From contig JBKBYA010000003.1 in the NCBI GenBank assembly GCA_046313635.1, positions 128,001 through 192,000 on the forward strand: a stretch of DNA of 64,000 bases, written 5' to 3'. The notes under the pieces are model-generated. The model worked only from the letters and a program-made list of their open reading frames with translations. It was not told where the DNA came from and did not search any database. Position 1 is the first letter of the stretch; each line of letters starts with the position of its first letter. Below are positions 47,449 through 56,317 of this stretch, piece by piece. The position numbers and the translations under genes are program-made. The stretch is from Pyrinomonadaceae bacterium. Lineage in GTDB: Bacteria > Acidobacteriota > Blastocatellia > Pyrinomonadales > Pyrinomonadaceae.

Positions 47449-47480
47449 CGGCACGGGGTCGGCAGGCTCCGTGCTTTTTT
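47449..47480 (+). terminator. Rho-independent terminator
   Basis: GCACGGGG...CTCCGTGC plus T-run. Confidence 0.7.
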
Positions 47481-47603
47481 ATTCTTTGCCGATACAGATG
47501 GGCCGGGAGCGAGCGGACTTTTAGATCGACGCGGCCGGATGCTAATGTTCTGAATATCGGGTCCGACGTCGGCTTCGAGGTCAGTCGGCCCGGCATATAT
47601 TAT

Positions 47604-48296
47604 ATGAAGCGGATATTTCAGCACGTTCTCTTTTTTGTTTTGGCGGTCGCGGTTTCGTCGATGACCGGGTGCGGCGGATCGGGCTCTGTCGGCGCTCCGG
47701 ACAGGTCCGCGGCGCCGGCCCGAAAGACTTCGGAATATCCGCCGCTCGCCTCGGCCGTCGCTCAGGCCGACATCAAGAATCTTGACGGTTCAACATTCAA
47801 GGTCGCAGACAAAAAGGGCAAGGTCGTGCTGCTGAATATGTGGGCCACATGGTGCAGCCCGTGCCGCGCGGAAATGCCGGCCCTTGTCCGAATGCAGGAC
47901 GCGTATCGCGATCAGGGATTTGAGGTCATCGGTCTGAATACCGCTGACGAGACCGTCGAGCAGATCAACGAGTTTACCCAGTCGATGGGCCTCAACTACA
48001 CCATCGCCTGGCCCGACACGAGGACGCAGGCCGAGCTGCTCAAGATCAGCAAGTTTCCCGGCATCCCGCAGAGCTTCCTCGTCGACCGCGACGGCAATCT
48101 TCGCGGCGTCTTTAAGGGAGCGAATCCGGCCGACATCCGCAAGATGGAAGAGCTCGTCGGCAAGGTCGTTCGCGGCGAAGATGCGGCCGTCCTGCCGCAG
48201 GACGAGCCGGGCAACGGCCCCGCTCAGACCGAGGCCGCGCCGATGCAGTCGCCCGGCAGCCCCGATAACCGGAGCAACGCGCCGTCCAAAAAGTAA
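47604..48296 (+). CDS. TlpA/ResA-like thioredoxin lipoprotein
   Basis: Lipobox MTGC; NMWATWCSPCRAEMP, GIP.SFLVDRDG. Confidence 0.9.
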   Translation: MKRIFQHVLFFVLAVAVSSMTGCGGSGSVGAPDRSAAPARKTSEYPPLASAVAQADIKNLDGSTFKVADKKGKVVLLNMWATWCSPCRAEMPALVRMQDAYRDQGFEVIGLNTADETVEQINEFTQSMGLNYTIAWPDTRTQAELLKISKFPGIPQSFLVDRDGNLRGVFKGANPADIRKMEELVGKVVRGEDAAVLPQDEPGNGPAQTEAAPMQSPGSPDNRSNAPSKK

Positions 48297-48305
48297 CGCC
48301 TCGAT

Positions 48306-49766
48306 CTAATCCTCAGCCCGCTCGATCGGCGGCACGCGCGGCTCGACCAGCACGGTCTTAAAGCTCGCGAGCCGCACCAGTCCCAGTGCCGAGCCCTTTG
48401 GCTTGTTGACGAATTTTTTCTGCGTGTAATTGACGGCCGCCTTTGTCTGCTTGCGGCCGCTGCTGTAAAAGGCGGCGAGCTGCGCCGCCTCGAACAGCGT
48501 CTTTTGCGGAACTTCCGTCCGGTTAGGATTGCGGACGACGACGTGCGACCCCGGATAATCTGCGGCGTGCAGCCATAGGTCGTTTGGGCCGGCGACGCGA
48601 AATGTCAGGTGGTCGTTGTCGGCAGCCTTCTTGCCGACAAGGATGTCGTAGCCGTCGCTCGAACGGAATCGCCTCGCTCCCCTGAATTGAGCCTTTGCCC
48701 TCGTCTTTTCTTTCTGCCGCGGCGCTGTCTCGGCGGTCTTGCCCGCGGCTTGTGAAGTGTCGGGAAGTTCGGCGTCAGCCGTCGAGCTGTCCAGCTCTCG
48801 CAGCCGACGTTCAAGATCGTCGATCTCCGCCCTCACGGTCTCGAGCCGTGCGGCGATCTCGACCGCCGCGTTGCGGGCGCGGGTGTAGCGCTTGAAATAC
48901 GACTCGGCCGATTCCGTGAGCGGGCGATTCTCGTCTACCTCGATCTCGATGCGGGGCAGCTGCGGGTCAAAGAGATCGGTCACCGAGATGCGGCCATTCT
49001 CGACGCGCGCGTCTGCAAGGTGAGCGAGGATCAGATCGCCGAACTTCTTCCAACGCCCGGCGTCGCCGTGCGCGGCGAGATCCGACTCGAGCCGGCCGAT
49101 CAGCTTGCGGCGGCGGGCGACCTCGGCCCGCAGTCTTGATCGTGCCGCGTCGATCCGCGAGCGGGCCGCCTGCTCGGCCTCTCGGCGAAGAAAATACTCG
49201 TCGAGCACCTTCGATATCGACCCCGCAACGTCCGGCGTCACGGGCACGCCGCCTTCGCGCCGTTCTCCGCCGTTTGCCGGCCGCTCGGGCGGCGAGTATC
49301 TCTGGCCGACCTGCTGCCCGTCGCCGCGCGTCTCGCGCATCGATGCGAGAATGTGGCCCGCCTCGTCCAGCACAAAAAGATTCGACGATCTGCCCGTGAG
49401 CTGGACAACGAGCTTCTTCAACGACCGTGAGCCGAAGTCGTCCGTCGTGTCGAATTCGAGAACGAGAACGCGCTCGCTCTCGACCTTCGCGACCGAACGC
49501 AATGCGCCGCCGGCGAGCAGCTTCTTTATCGCCAGATGAAACTGTCCCGGCGGCGTGGCGGCGCGTTCGAGGTCTCTGAGCCGCCGCTCGACGAGGTATG
49601 CCCGCGGAGCGGCCGGCTCGATGCTGATAAAGAGGTACTGCGAAGAGGGAATTCGCAGATCGATCGCTAAACGCGTCCGCGCCAGCGGGAAGATGCGGCC
49701 AAGCCTGCGGCCGAGTGCCGCGTCACTTATCTCCCGGCTCACGGCGGCGATCTGCGCGTCGTTCAT
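48306..49766 (-). CDS. rqcH: NFACT-family protein, Rqc2/RqcH homolog
   Basis: NFACT-N (ERVLVLEF, LTGRSSN), coiled coil, NFACT-R (VGK...ND.L, WLHA..PGSHV, AAQLAA.YS). Confidence 0.8.
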   Translation of the reverse strand: MNDAQIAAVSREISDAALGRRLGRIFPLARTRLAIDLRIPSSQYLFISIEPAAPRAYLVERRLRDLERAATPPGQFHLAIKKLLAGGALRSVAKVESERVLVLEFDTTDDFGSRSLKKLVVQLTGRSSNLFVLDEAGHILASMRETRGDGQQVGQRYSPPERPANGGERREGGVPVTPDVAGSISKVLDEYFLRREAEQAARSRIDAARSRLRAEVARRRKLIGRLESDLAAHGDAGRWKKFGDLILAHLADARVENGRISVTDLFDPQLPRIEIEVDENRPLTESAESYFKRYTRARNAAVEIAARLETVRAEIDDLERRLRELDSSTADAELPDTSQAAGKTAETAPRQKEKTRAKAQFRGARRFRSSDGYDILVGKKAADNDHLTFRVAGPNDLWLHAADYPGSHVVVRNPNRTEVPQKTLFEAAQLAAFYSSGRKQTKAAVNYTQKKFVNKPKGSALGLVRLASFKTVLVEPRVPPIERAED

Positions 49767-49863
49767 CGATACAGTCTATTGGGCCAAAAACAAAAGATCC
49801 AAGACGAGCCGTGAGGCGGATCGTCCTGGATGAATTGGGCGTTTAGAAAAACTTAAAAAAAGC

Positions 49864-51339
49864 CTAAGCCTCGGTCACGACGATCGTGCCGGCGGCCAGG
49901 TCGTGCGCGGCACGCTGCTCCTCGTTAAAGAACATCGTCAAAAATCCGATGCCCGCCACCGGCAGCGTGAGCAAGTAGACGGCCGCGTTGACCGCCGCCT
50001 GGTGAAAGGTCGGATAGTCGTTTGCCTCGACATCGATCAGCTCGAGCGAGAACATCCGCATCCCGATCGTGCGGCCGTACATCCCGACCGACACGGTCAT
50101 ATAAACGAACATCACGATCGACAGCGTGGCGGCAAATGCCAGCAGTCCGGACATCGTGAACCAATCGCCGCCCATCAGCACAAAGGGCAGCAGCAGGACG
50201 GCCGCCGCAAAGCTGCCGATGATCAGGTCAAAAAGTCCGGCGTTGAATCGCACAGAGATCGGTGCGAGATCGTCGATCGTCTCTTCGTCTTCGGCGGCGG
50301 TCTCGTCGGCCGCGGTCTCGTGTATCGCCTCGAGCTCGGCCGCGTCAAAGGTCTCATCGGTCGTGAGCGGGCCCAAGGTCGGCCGTGCCGCCGCGATCGA
50401 CTCGTCGCGGGCTGCGATATCGTCCGGCTCGTCGGCCCTCTCGGCCGGTGCCGCGGTCGCGAGTCGCGGCAGCTTGTTTGTGTCGTACGGCTTTTCGATC
50501 TTGAATGTCGGCACGAGTCTCGGCGACGGCGGGCCGGCGAGCGGCTTGCGCTCGGCCGGTCTCGGCAGTGCGGGCTCGCTGCTGCGTGCGACGACGTTGA
50601 ATCTCGCCTCGCGGGCCGCGGGCTGCGCCTTCGGCGCCGTATGTGCGCCTGCCGCCGGCGAGAAGCCGTTTGCCTGCGGCTGATTTGCAAATGTCTTGCG
50701 CGAATGATCGATCCGCTTGAGCGCGTTGGCGACGCGCGGGTCGGCGATCGGCTGCTGCGGCTCTGCCCTGGCCTCTGTGAGCGCCGGCTCGGCCTTTAGC
50801 GCGTTGGCGCCGCTGGTCGCCAGGCGCGGCTGCGATCGCGTGACCGCGGACGCCTGCGTCGCGGTAGACTGACCAGCTGCCGACGCTCCGCCGCCGCCGG
50901 CAGCTACGCCGCGGCGCTGTCTTACGGAATTTTGTAATTGGAGCCGCCAGTCGGGCAGGGCGCTTTGCTTGGCCTGAAACTCGACCAGCGTCGGGCTCGT
51001 CTTCGGCGCATGCAGCTCGCTGGTCTCGCGGTTGCGCTCAGCTGTCGTGGCCGCCGGCGGCTGACCGGCGACCGCTCGCGGCAAGGGCGTCGGGTGCTCG
51101 CCGATCTTGGTCTTTATTTCGGACGGCAGCGAGATAGGCGGGTTTGCTTGGACCATGTCGGCCGGTCTCTGCTCGCCGCCTGCATTCACGCCGGGCATCG
51201 AAACGGGCCTCGCCGCCGGAGTGCCGAAGGTGATCTTGGACTGTAATTCTTCACGCACCGAATCATTCATCATCGCTCCGCAGCTCGGGCAGATCGACAG
51301 AGTCGGCGCCAATTTTCGATTACAAACGGGGCAGTTCAT
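49864..51339 (-). CDS. RDD-family protein with N-terminal zinc ribbon and long disordered linker
   Basis: CPVC..CPSC; RFNAGLFD, GRTIGMR, HD..AGT.V. Confidence 0.82.
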   Translation of the reverse strand: MNCPVCNRKLAPTLSICPSCGAMMNDSVREELQSKITFGTPAARPVSMPGVNAGGEQRPADMVQANPPISLPSEIKTKIGEHPTPLPRAVAGQPPAATTAERNRETSELHAPKTSPTLVEFQAKQSALPDWRLQLQNSVRQRRGVAAGGGGASAAGQSTATQASAVTRSQPRLATSGANALKAEPALTEARAEPQQPIADPRVANALKRIDHSRKTFANQPQANGFSPAAGAHTAPKAQPAAREARFNVVARSSEPALPRPAERKPLAGPPSPRLVPTFKIEKPYDTNKLPRLATAAPAERADEPDDIAARDESIAAARPTLGPLTTDETFDAAELEAIHETAADETAAEDEETIDDLAPISVRFNAGLFDLIIGSFAAAVLLLPFVLMGGDWFTMSGLLAFAATLSIVMFVYMTVSVGMYGRTIGMRMFSLELIDVEANDYPTFHQAAVNAAVYLLTLPVAGIGFLTMFFNEEQRAAHDLAAGTIVVTEA

Positions 51340-51474
51340 AAGCAGATCGAAACGCGTTTTCAGGGAAAAGTTTTTGAGCGAGATCCGGGTGAATCTGTGT
51401 GGATACTATCAGAGTTTACTTTAAGGGGTCAATATTAAGCCGATGAAATAGCGAAACTTCCACAAGGCTGTGGA

Positions 51475-51663
51475 AATTCCGGAATCCAGATTCCAAACTC
51501 CCAATCCAGATTCCAGATTCCAGATTCCAGATTCCAGATTCCAAATTCCAGATTCGGCGTCAGATCCCTGAGTTTCGCAGCGCTGCGTCAACGGGGCAAC
51601 TAGTGGCCGGAACTTTGAATTTGGAATTTGGAATCTGGAATTTGGAATTCGGGATTCGGAATT
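51475..51663. repeat. Inverted heptamer hairpin (TTCCAGA)n / (TGGAATT)n
   Basis: About 11 units at 51475-51555, ~55-nt spacer, about 7 complementary units at 51610-51663 abutting the DUF2203 stop. Confidence 0.92.
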
Positions 51664-52037
51664 TACAGCGGCTGCCGTCCGGCAAAGCCGGCTTCGACCT
51701 CGTGCCACCATTCGATCTGGTCGCCTTCGCCGAGCTGCCAGCAGAGATAGACGACGCGGCCGGAGCGTAAGGAAGGGAAATCGATAAGGCCGCGGGCGTG
51801 ATCTTTCAGTTCGACGCCGGTCTCGGCGAGCTCGGTCATAAGGCGGCCGAGGTCGTAGAGGGTCTTGACATATTCGGAGCCGCCCTCCATCCCGCCGCCC
51901 GAGCTTGCCGCCGCTGCGGCTGCCGCTGCCCTGTCGCGCAGCTCGCCGACGCGCTCGTAGAGGGCACCGATCCGCACGAGCATTGGCCTGAGCCGAGGGA
52001 TCATCTCGTTAGCCTCGCTGACGGTAAAGAGCTTCAT
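51663..52037 (-). CDS. DUF2203 family protein
   Basis: MKLFTVSEAN..IP, G.ELKD...GLIDFP, VYLCW.LGE..I.WWH..EAGFAGR.PL; ATGA overlap with the upstream gene. Confidence 0.88.
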   Translation of the reverse strand: MKLFTVSEANEMIPRLRPMLVRIGALYERVGELRDRAAAAAAAASSGGGMEGGSEYVKTLYDLGRLMTELAETGVELKDHARGLIDFPSLRSGRVVYLCWQLGEGDQIEWWHEVEAGFAGRQPL

Positions 52038-52768
52038 CGGTCGTCTCTGATCCTCGTATATCCGCTCTCGCCGCCGCCCTGAGCGTCGGTCTGCGGGGCG
52101 CGTGACTCGTGTATCGAGTGAGAGCTCCCGCGATGGCCGCCCTGGCGACCGCCCGGCCGGTTCGGCTGATTGGTCGTGTGAGCCGCGGCATCGTCCGGCG
52201 GGACGAATGACGGCACGTCGTAGTCGCCGGCAGCATTCGCCGCGTCCTTGCGGATTAGATCCGCGATGTCGCCGAGATCGATAAAAAAGTCCGCGACGTC
52301 GATCAGTTTGGGAGCGGAATTGGAACGAAAGCCCGCGACCTCGACACGACATCCCTTATACGCCACGGCGTTGATCGCGTAGACAAAATCTTCGTCGCCC
52401 GAGACGAGCACCGCCGTATCGTACCGGCCCGCGAGGCTCAGCATATCGACGGCGATCTCGACGTCGAGATTTGCCTTGCGCGTGCCGTCGTAAAAGGTCT
52501 TGAGCTCCTTCTGCACGACGCGAAAGCCGTTGCGCCGCATCCACAGCAAAAATCCCTGCTGCCGCTCGGCTCCGGCGTCCACGCCCGTGTAAAAGAATGC
52601 CCGCAGCAGACGGCCGTCGCCGAGCAGCACGCGGAGCAGCTTGTTGTAATCGATATCGATGTTGTGGAATCTGGCCGCGTGAAACAAATTGTTGCCGTCG
52701 ATAAAGACGGCGACACGCCCGCGATGACCAAACTGCCAGGATGAGCTCGTTCGGGTGTCAAACTGCAT
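52034..52768 (-). CDS. NYN-domain (LabA/DUF88) PIN-fold protein
   Basis: VFIDGNN, KANLDVEIAVD, LVSGDEDF, L...AD.FIDL. Confidence 0.92.
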   Translation of the reverse strand: MQFDTRTSSSWQFGHRGRVAVFIDGNNLFHAARFHNIDIDYNKLLRVLLGDGRLLRAFFYTGVDAGAERQQGFLLWMRRNGFRVVQKELKTFYDGTRKANLDVEIAVDMLSLAGRYDTAVLVSGDEDFVYAINAVAYKGCRVEVAGFRSNSAPKLIDVADFFIDLGDIADLIRKDAANAAGDYDVPSFVPPDDAAAHTTNQPNRPGGRQGGHRGSSHSIHESRAPQTDAQGGGESGYTRIRDDR

Positions 52769-53094
52769 CTCGCTAGTCCCCTTTGATTGAATTTCGGGCC
52801 TTAGCGGGTCGCGAGGGGCAGCAGCTGAGCGGCGCCTGGGGTTGAAGGATAGAAAAGAACTCCGTTCTCCCTCACCGGTCTTTACGCCGGAAAAGAGCGG
52901 GATATTCGATTGCGCAAATTCTTTTCAAATATGCCGATCGACGGTCAAAACAGTCTCTTAAAAGTTTATTTCAAAACGTCAGCGACAGCGGTCCGCGATC
53001 CCTAAAGCCTGCACATAGTTTGCAATCTTCGGCTCACCGAGGTCAAGCAAATTGCCCGTCGCAATGCTAACATCGCAAAGCGCGAGACACGCCT

Positions 53095-54084
53095 ATGCAC
53101 ACGCCCGACGACGACGAGATCGAGCGGCTCGGCCGCCTGCCGGTGACCGCGGAGAGTATCGGCTTTGCCGCGGACGAGCTTGCCGCGTGCGGCCGCTGCG
53201 GGCGGATGAACGCGCCGACGCGGGCGGCTTGTCTCTACTGCGGGGCGGCGCTAGATGTCGATCGATCAACCGCGATGCGCGAGCTTCGCAGGGCCGACGA
53301 TTGGGAGCCGGGATTTACGGTCGCCGCATCGGGCCCGAGCGGTGCGGCCGCATTTGCGGGGGCGTTGATCGGCTGCGACGCTCGTCTGGTCGAGCAGCTG
53401 CTCGCGACAGGCGAGATCTTGCCTCTCGTTCGTCTCGCCGACCGCGAAGATGCCGATGTCGTGCGCGGCGAGCTCGAGCGGAGCGGAATGCAAGCATTCA
53501 TGTTTGCCGACGACGAACTTATGCCGTCACGTCCGCCGCGGCGGCTGCGGCGGCTAGAGTTCAGCGGCGACGGCGTCGTGCTCACTCCTTTTAGCGAGGC
53601 CGACGAAGCGGTGGAGGTCGCCGTCGCGAAGATCGCGCTTGTCGTGAGCGGTCTCATTCGCCGGGTCGAAACCTCGGTCTCTGGCCGGCGAAAGCGAGGC
53701 GAATTCAAGACCGGCGAGACGACCGAGATGTCGTTTGACGAGAGCGTGCTCGACGTCTACCGTGCGGGTGATGCGATCGGATACAGGGTCGTCACGACAG
53801 GTTTTGACTTTTCGGGACTCGGCGGCGAGATGGCGGCAACGGCCGCGGCCAATATTGCCAGGCTCGCCGAAAGGCTCGTCGAGAAATGCCCGTCCGCTGC
53901 GTTCGTCGACTCGTACAGGACGGTCGAGCATTTGCTCAGAGACGTCTGGCCGCCGGCGGCATCGAGCGACTTCACGGGCCGGCAGCGGACCGGCCTGATG
54001 CGTTCGGGCTACGGCCGCGTCGATCGCTCTGACACCGCAGCGACATTTACGCGATTTTCGCGAATGCAGTATTACCTTTTATGA
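53095..54084 (+). CDS. Hypothetical protein with zinc ribbon
   Basis: CGRC..NAP.R..CLYCG; stop overlaps the rlmB-like start. Confidence 0.65.
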   Translation: MHTPDDDEIERLGRLPVTAESIGFAADELAACGRCGRMNAPTRAACLYCGAALDVDRSTAMRELRRADDWEPGFTVAASGPSGAAAFAGALIGCDARLVEQLLATGEILPLVRLADREDADVVRGELERSGMQAFMFADDELMPSRPPRRLRRLEFSGDGVVLTPFSEADEAVEVAVAKIALVVSGLIRRVETSVSGRRKRGEFKTGETTEMSFDESVLDVYRAGDAIGYRVVTTGFDFSGLGGEMAATAAANIARLAERLVEKCPSAAFVDSYRTVEHLLRDVWPPAASSDFTGRQRTGLMRSGYGRVDRSDTAATFTRFSRMQYYLL

Positions 54085-54914
54085 AGAGATCGCGACCAGC
54101 CGCGAATGCAGATCGCGGACGGCGAAAGCAAAAACATTCCACTATAGACCAGCGCCGCGAGACGCCGCGTCCACCCGACTCATCGATGATCTACGGCGTG
54201 CTCCCCGTGCTCGAGGCGCTCCGCTCGCGGGCACGCAGCGTCGAACGCGTCGTCATCGCCGAGGGCGTGCGCGAGCATCGCCTCGCCGAGATCGCCGAGG
54301 CCGCGCGCGGGGCCGGCATTCGAATCGACCGGATCTCGCGAGACGCGCTCGACCGCCTGGTCGAGCCCGGCGCAAATCATCAGGGCGTCGCCGCATTTGC
54401 CGCCGCCGTCAGCTACGCCGAGGCCGACGATATACTCGACGCCGCGTCGGAGCCCGCGCTGCTGCTCGTGCTCGACGGTGTCGAGGACCCGCGCAATCTC
54501 GGAGCGATACTTCGCTCGGCGGAGTGCGCGGGCGTGGACGGCGTATTCATCCCGTCGCGCCGCGCCGCCGGTTTGACCGACACCGTCGCAAAGGCCTCTG
54601 CGGGAGCCGTCGAGTACGTCAAGGTCGCAAAGGTCGGCAACGTAAACAATCTCATCGCCGAACTCAAAGAGCGCGGTATCTGGGTCGTCGGCGCGAGCGG
54701 CGACGCCGAGTTGACCCATACCGAATGGGACTGGACGCGGCCCACCGCTCTCGTTATGGGAGCCGAAGGTCACGGCCTTCACCGTCTCGTCGCGGAGAAC
54801 TGCGATGCGTTGGTAAAGATACCGATGTATGGAAGAATATCTGCGCTGAACGTCTCGGTCGCGACCGGCGTAATCCTTTTCGAAGCGAGGCGGCAAAGGT
54901 CCGAGGGAGAGTGA
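54081..54914 (+). CDS. rlmB: 23S rRNA (guanosine-2'-O)-methyltransferase RlmB (TrmH/SPOUT family)
   Basis: IYGV.PV.EAL, HQGV, LDGVEDPRNLGAILRSA, KASAGA, MGAEG.GL, IPM.G...LNVSVA. Confidence 0.9.
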   Translation: MKRSRPAANADRGRRKQKHSTIDQRRETPRPPDSSMIYGVLPVLEALRSRARSVERVVIAEGVREHRLAEIAEAARGAGIRIDRISRDALDRLVEPGANHQGVAAFAAAVSYAEADDILDAASEPALLLVLDGVEDPRNLGAILRSAECAGVDGVFIPSRRAAGLTDTVAKASAGAVEYVKVAKVGNVNNLIAELKERGIWVVGASGDAELTHTEWDWTRPTALVMGAEGHGLHRLVAENCDALVKIPMYGRISALNVSVATGVILFEARRQRSEGE

Positions 54915-54920
54915 CGAGCA

Positions 54921-55445
54921 ATGTTTTGTCCGAAATGCGGAACAGATAACCCAGACACCGGCAGATTTTGCCGCGCGTGCGGCACGGCGATCGGCGGCGT
55001 GTCAGACGTCATTGCCGCTCAGTCGGCGGCGGCCGCGCCGGTGCTCGACAAGAGGGGAAAGCGCGTGAGCCTCGAGGGTGCGATCACAAAGCTCTTTATG
55101 GGCGTCGCGTTCATCGCGGTGTCGCTCGCTCTCGGTTTGTCGGGATCGGGAAAGAACTGGTGGTTCTGGATGCTGATACCGGCCTTTGCGATGATCGGTA
55201 CCGGCGTCGCGCAGATCATTCAGCTAAAGCACGCAATGAAGGGCGGCGTTCGCTTTGCAGAGAGCGAGCGGCTGCTCGAGCCGCGGGCCGCGACTCCGGG
55301 ACTGCCGCCTTCGCAGACCGCATACGTTCCCGCGGAGTCGCGCTACAAGACCGGCGATCTCGTTCCGCCGAGCGTCACCGAGGACACGACCCGTCATCTC
55401 GACAGCAGCTCCGAGGGCGAGACGATGACGCTGCCAAAGGTCTAG
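54921..55445 (+). CDS. Zinc-ribbon membrane protein
   Basis: MFCPKCG..N....FCRACG, two TMs, C-terminal PPSVTEDTTRHL. Confidence 0.75.
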   Translation: MFCPKCGTDNPDTGRFCRACGTAIGGVSDVIAAQSAAAAPVLDKRGKRVSLEGAITKLFMGVAFIAVSLALGLSGSGKNWWFWMLIPAFAMIGTGVAQIIQLKHAMKGGVRFAESERLLEPRAATPGLPPSQTAYVPAESRYKTGDLVPPSVTEDTTRHLDSSSEGETMTLPKV

Positions 55446-56290
55446 CCAAGCTTGCGGCGCAGGCTCATCTTGTGACCGCTTAACCGCTCGAGAAGTCTCA
55501 GATAATTCACCGGAAAGATGCGGCTCACCGCGCTGATCAGCCGAGCGTCGGCGCCGATGAGGATCCGCTCGCGGCGACGCCGGATGCCGTCGACGATGAC
55601 GTCGGCCGCGCGCTCGGGCGCGGTCCGCGCAACCTTGTCAAAGAATTTAGCTCCTTGCTCCTTCCACTCCTTCGGCGTGGCGGCGCCGAGCCTCGAGCGG
55701 CGCGCGATATTGGTCTTAATGCCGCCGGGATGGACCGCCGAGACGACGATGTTGGTCCCGCGGAACTCGTGCCTGAGGCTCTCGCTAAACCCGCGCACGG
55801 CAAATTTTGACGAGCAGTACGCGGTCTGCTCCTCCGGCGCGATAAAGCCGAAGACGCTCGAGATGTTGACGATATGCGCCGACTCCTGCTCGCGCAGGAT
55901 CGGCAAAAAGACCTTGCAGCCGTACACGACGCCCCAGAAATTTACCCCCATCAGCCACTCAAAATCGTCGAGCGAGATGTGTTCAAAAGTTCCGAGCAGG
56001 CCGACACCGGCGTTGTTGACGAGATGCGTCACGCGGCCGTGAGCCGCGACCGATTCGTCCGCAAATCGCCGAACGTCCTCCAGCCGCGAAACGTCGACAA
56101 TGTGCGTCGTGACCGAAACGTCTCGATCGGCCGCCTGTGCGAGCGCCGCGGTCTCGGCGAGGCCGGCCTGGTCGATGTCGGCGATCGCGAGCCCGGCGAT
56201 CCTCTCTCGCGCCAGCCGGACGGCGAGAGCTCGACCGATGCCCGATGCGGCCCCGGTGACGGCCGCTACGCTTTTGCTGTTGAGCGTCAT
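55442..56290 (-). CDS. SDR family oxidoreductase
   Basis: TGAASGIG, NNAG, NISS, YCSSK, VHPGGIKT. Confidence 0.92.
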   Translation of the reverse strand: MTLNSKSVAAVTGAASGIGRALAVRLARERIAGLAIADIDQAGLAETAALAQAADRDVSVTTHIVDVSRLEDVRRFADESVAAHGRVTHLVNNAGVGLLGTFEHISLDDFEWLMGVNFWGVVYGCKVFLPILREQESAHIVNISSVFGFIAPEEQTAYCSSKFAVRGFSESLRHEFRGTNIVVSAVHPGGIKTNIARRSRLGAATPKEWKEQGAKFFDKVARTAPERAADVIVDGIRRRRERILIGADARLISAVSRIFPVNYLRLLERLSGHKMSLRRKLG

Positions 56291-56317
56291 CTGTTTTCTG
56301 GTGAAAGGCCGCGAACC

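Noticed and set aside
51421..51711. 96-aa ORF with ESGIWNL repeats (also 8570-8761, 23250-23783, 3431-3754)
   Set aside because: These are translations of heptamer or octamer DNA repeats or antisense frames, not credible proteins
52769..52925. Riboswitch or N-terminal extension upstream of the NYN gene
   Set aside because: One plausible hairpin and an open frame without a start codon; there is a good RBS at ATG 52768 and no recognisable aptamer
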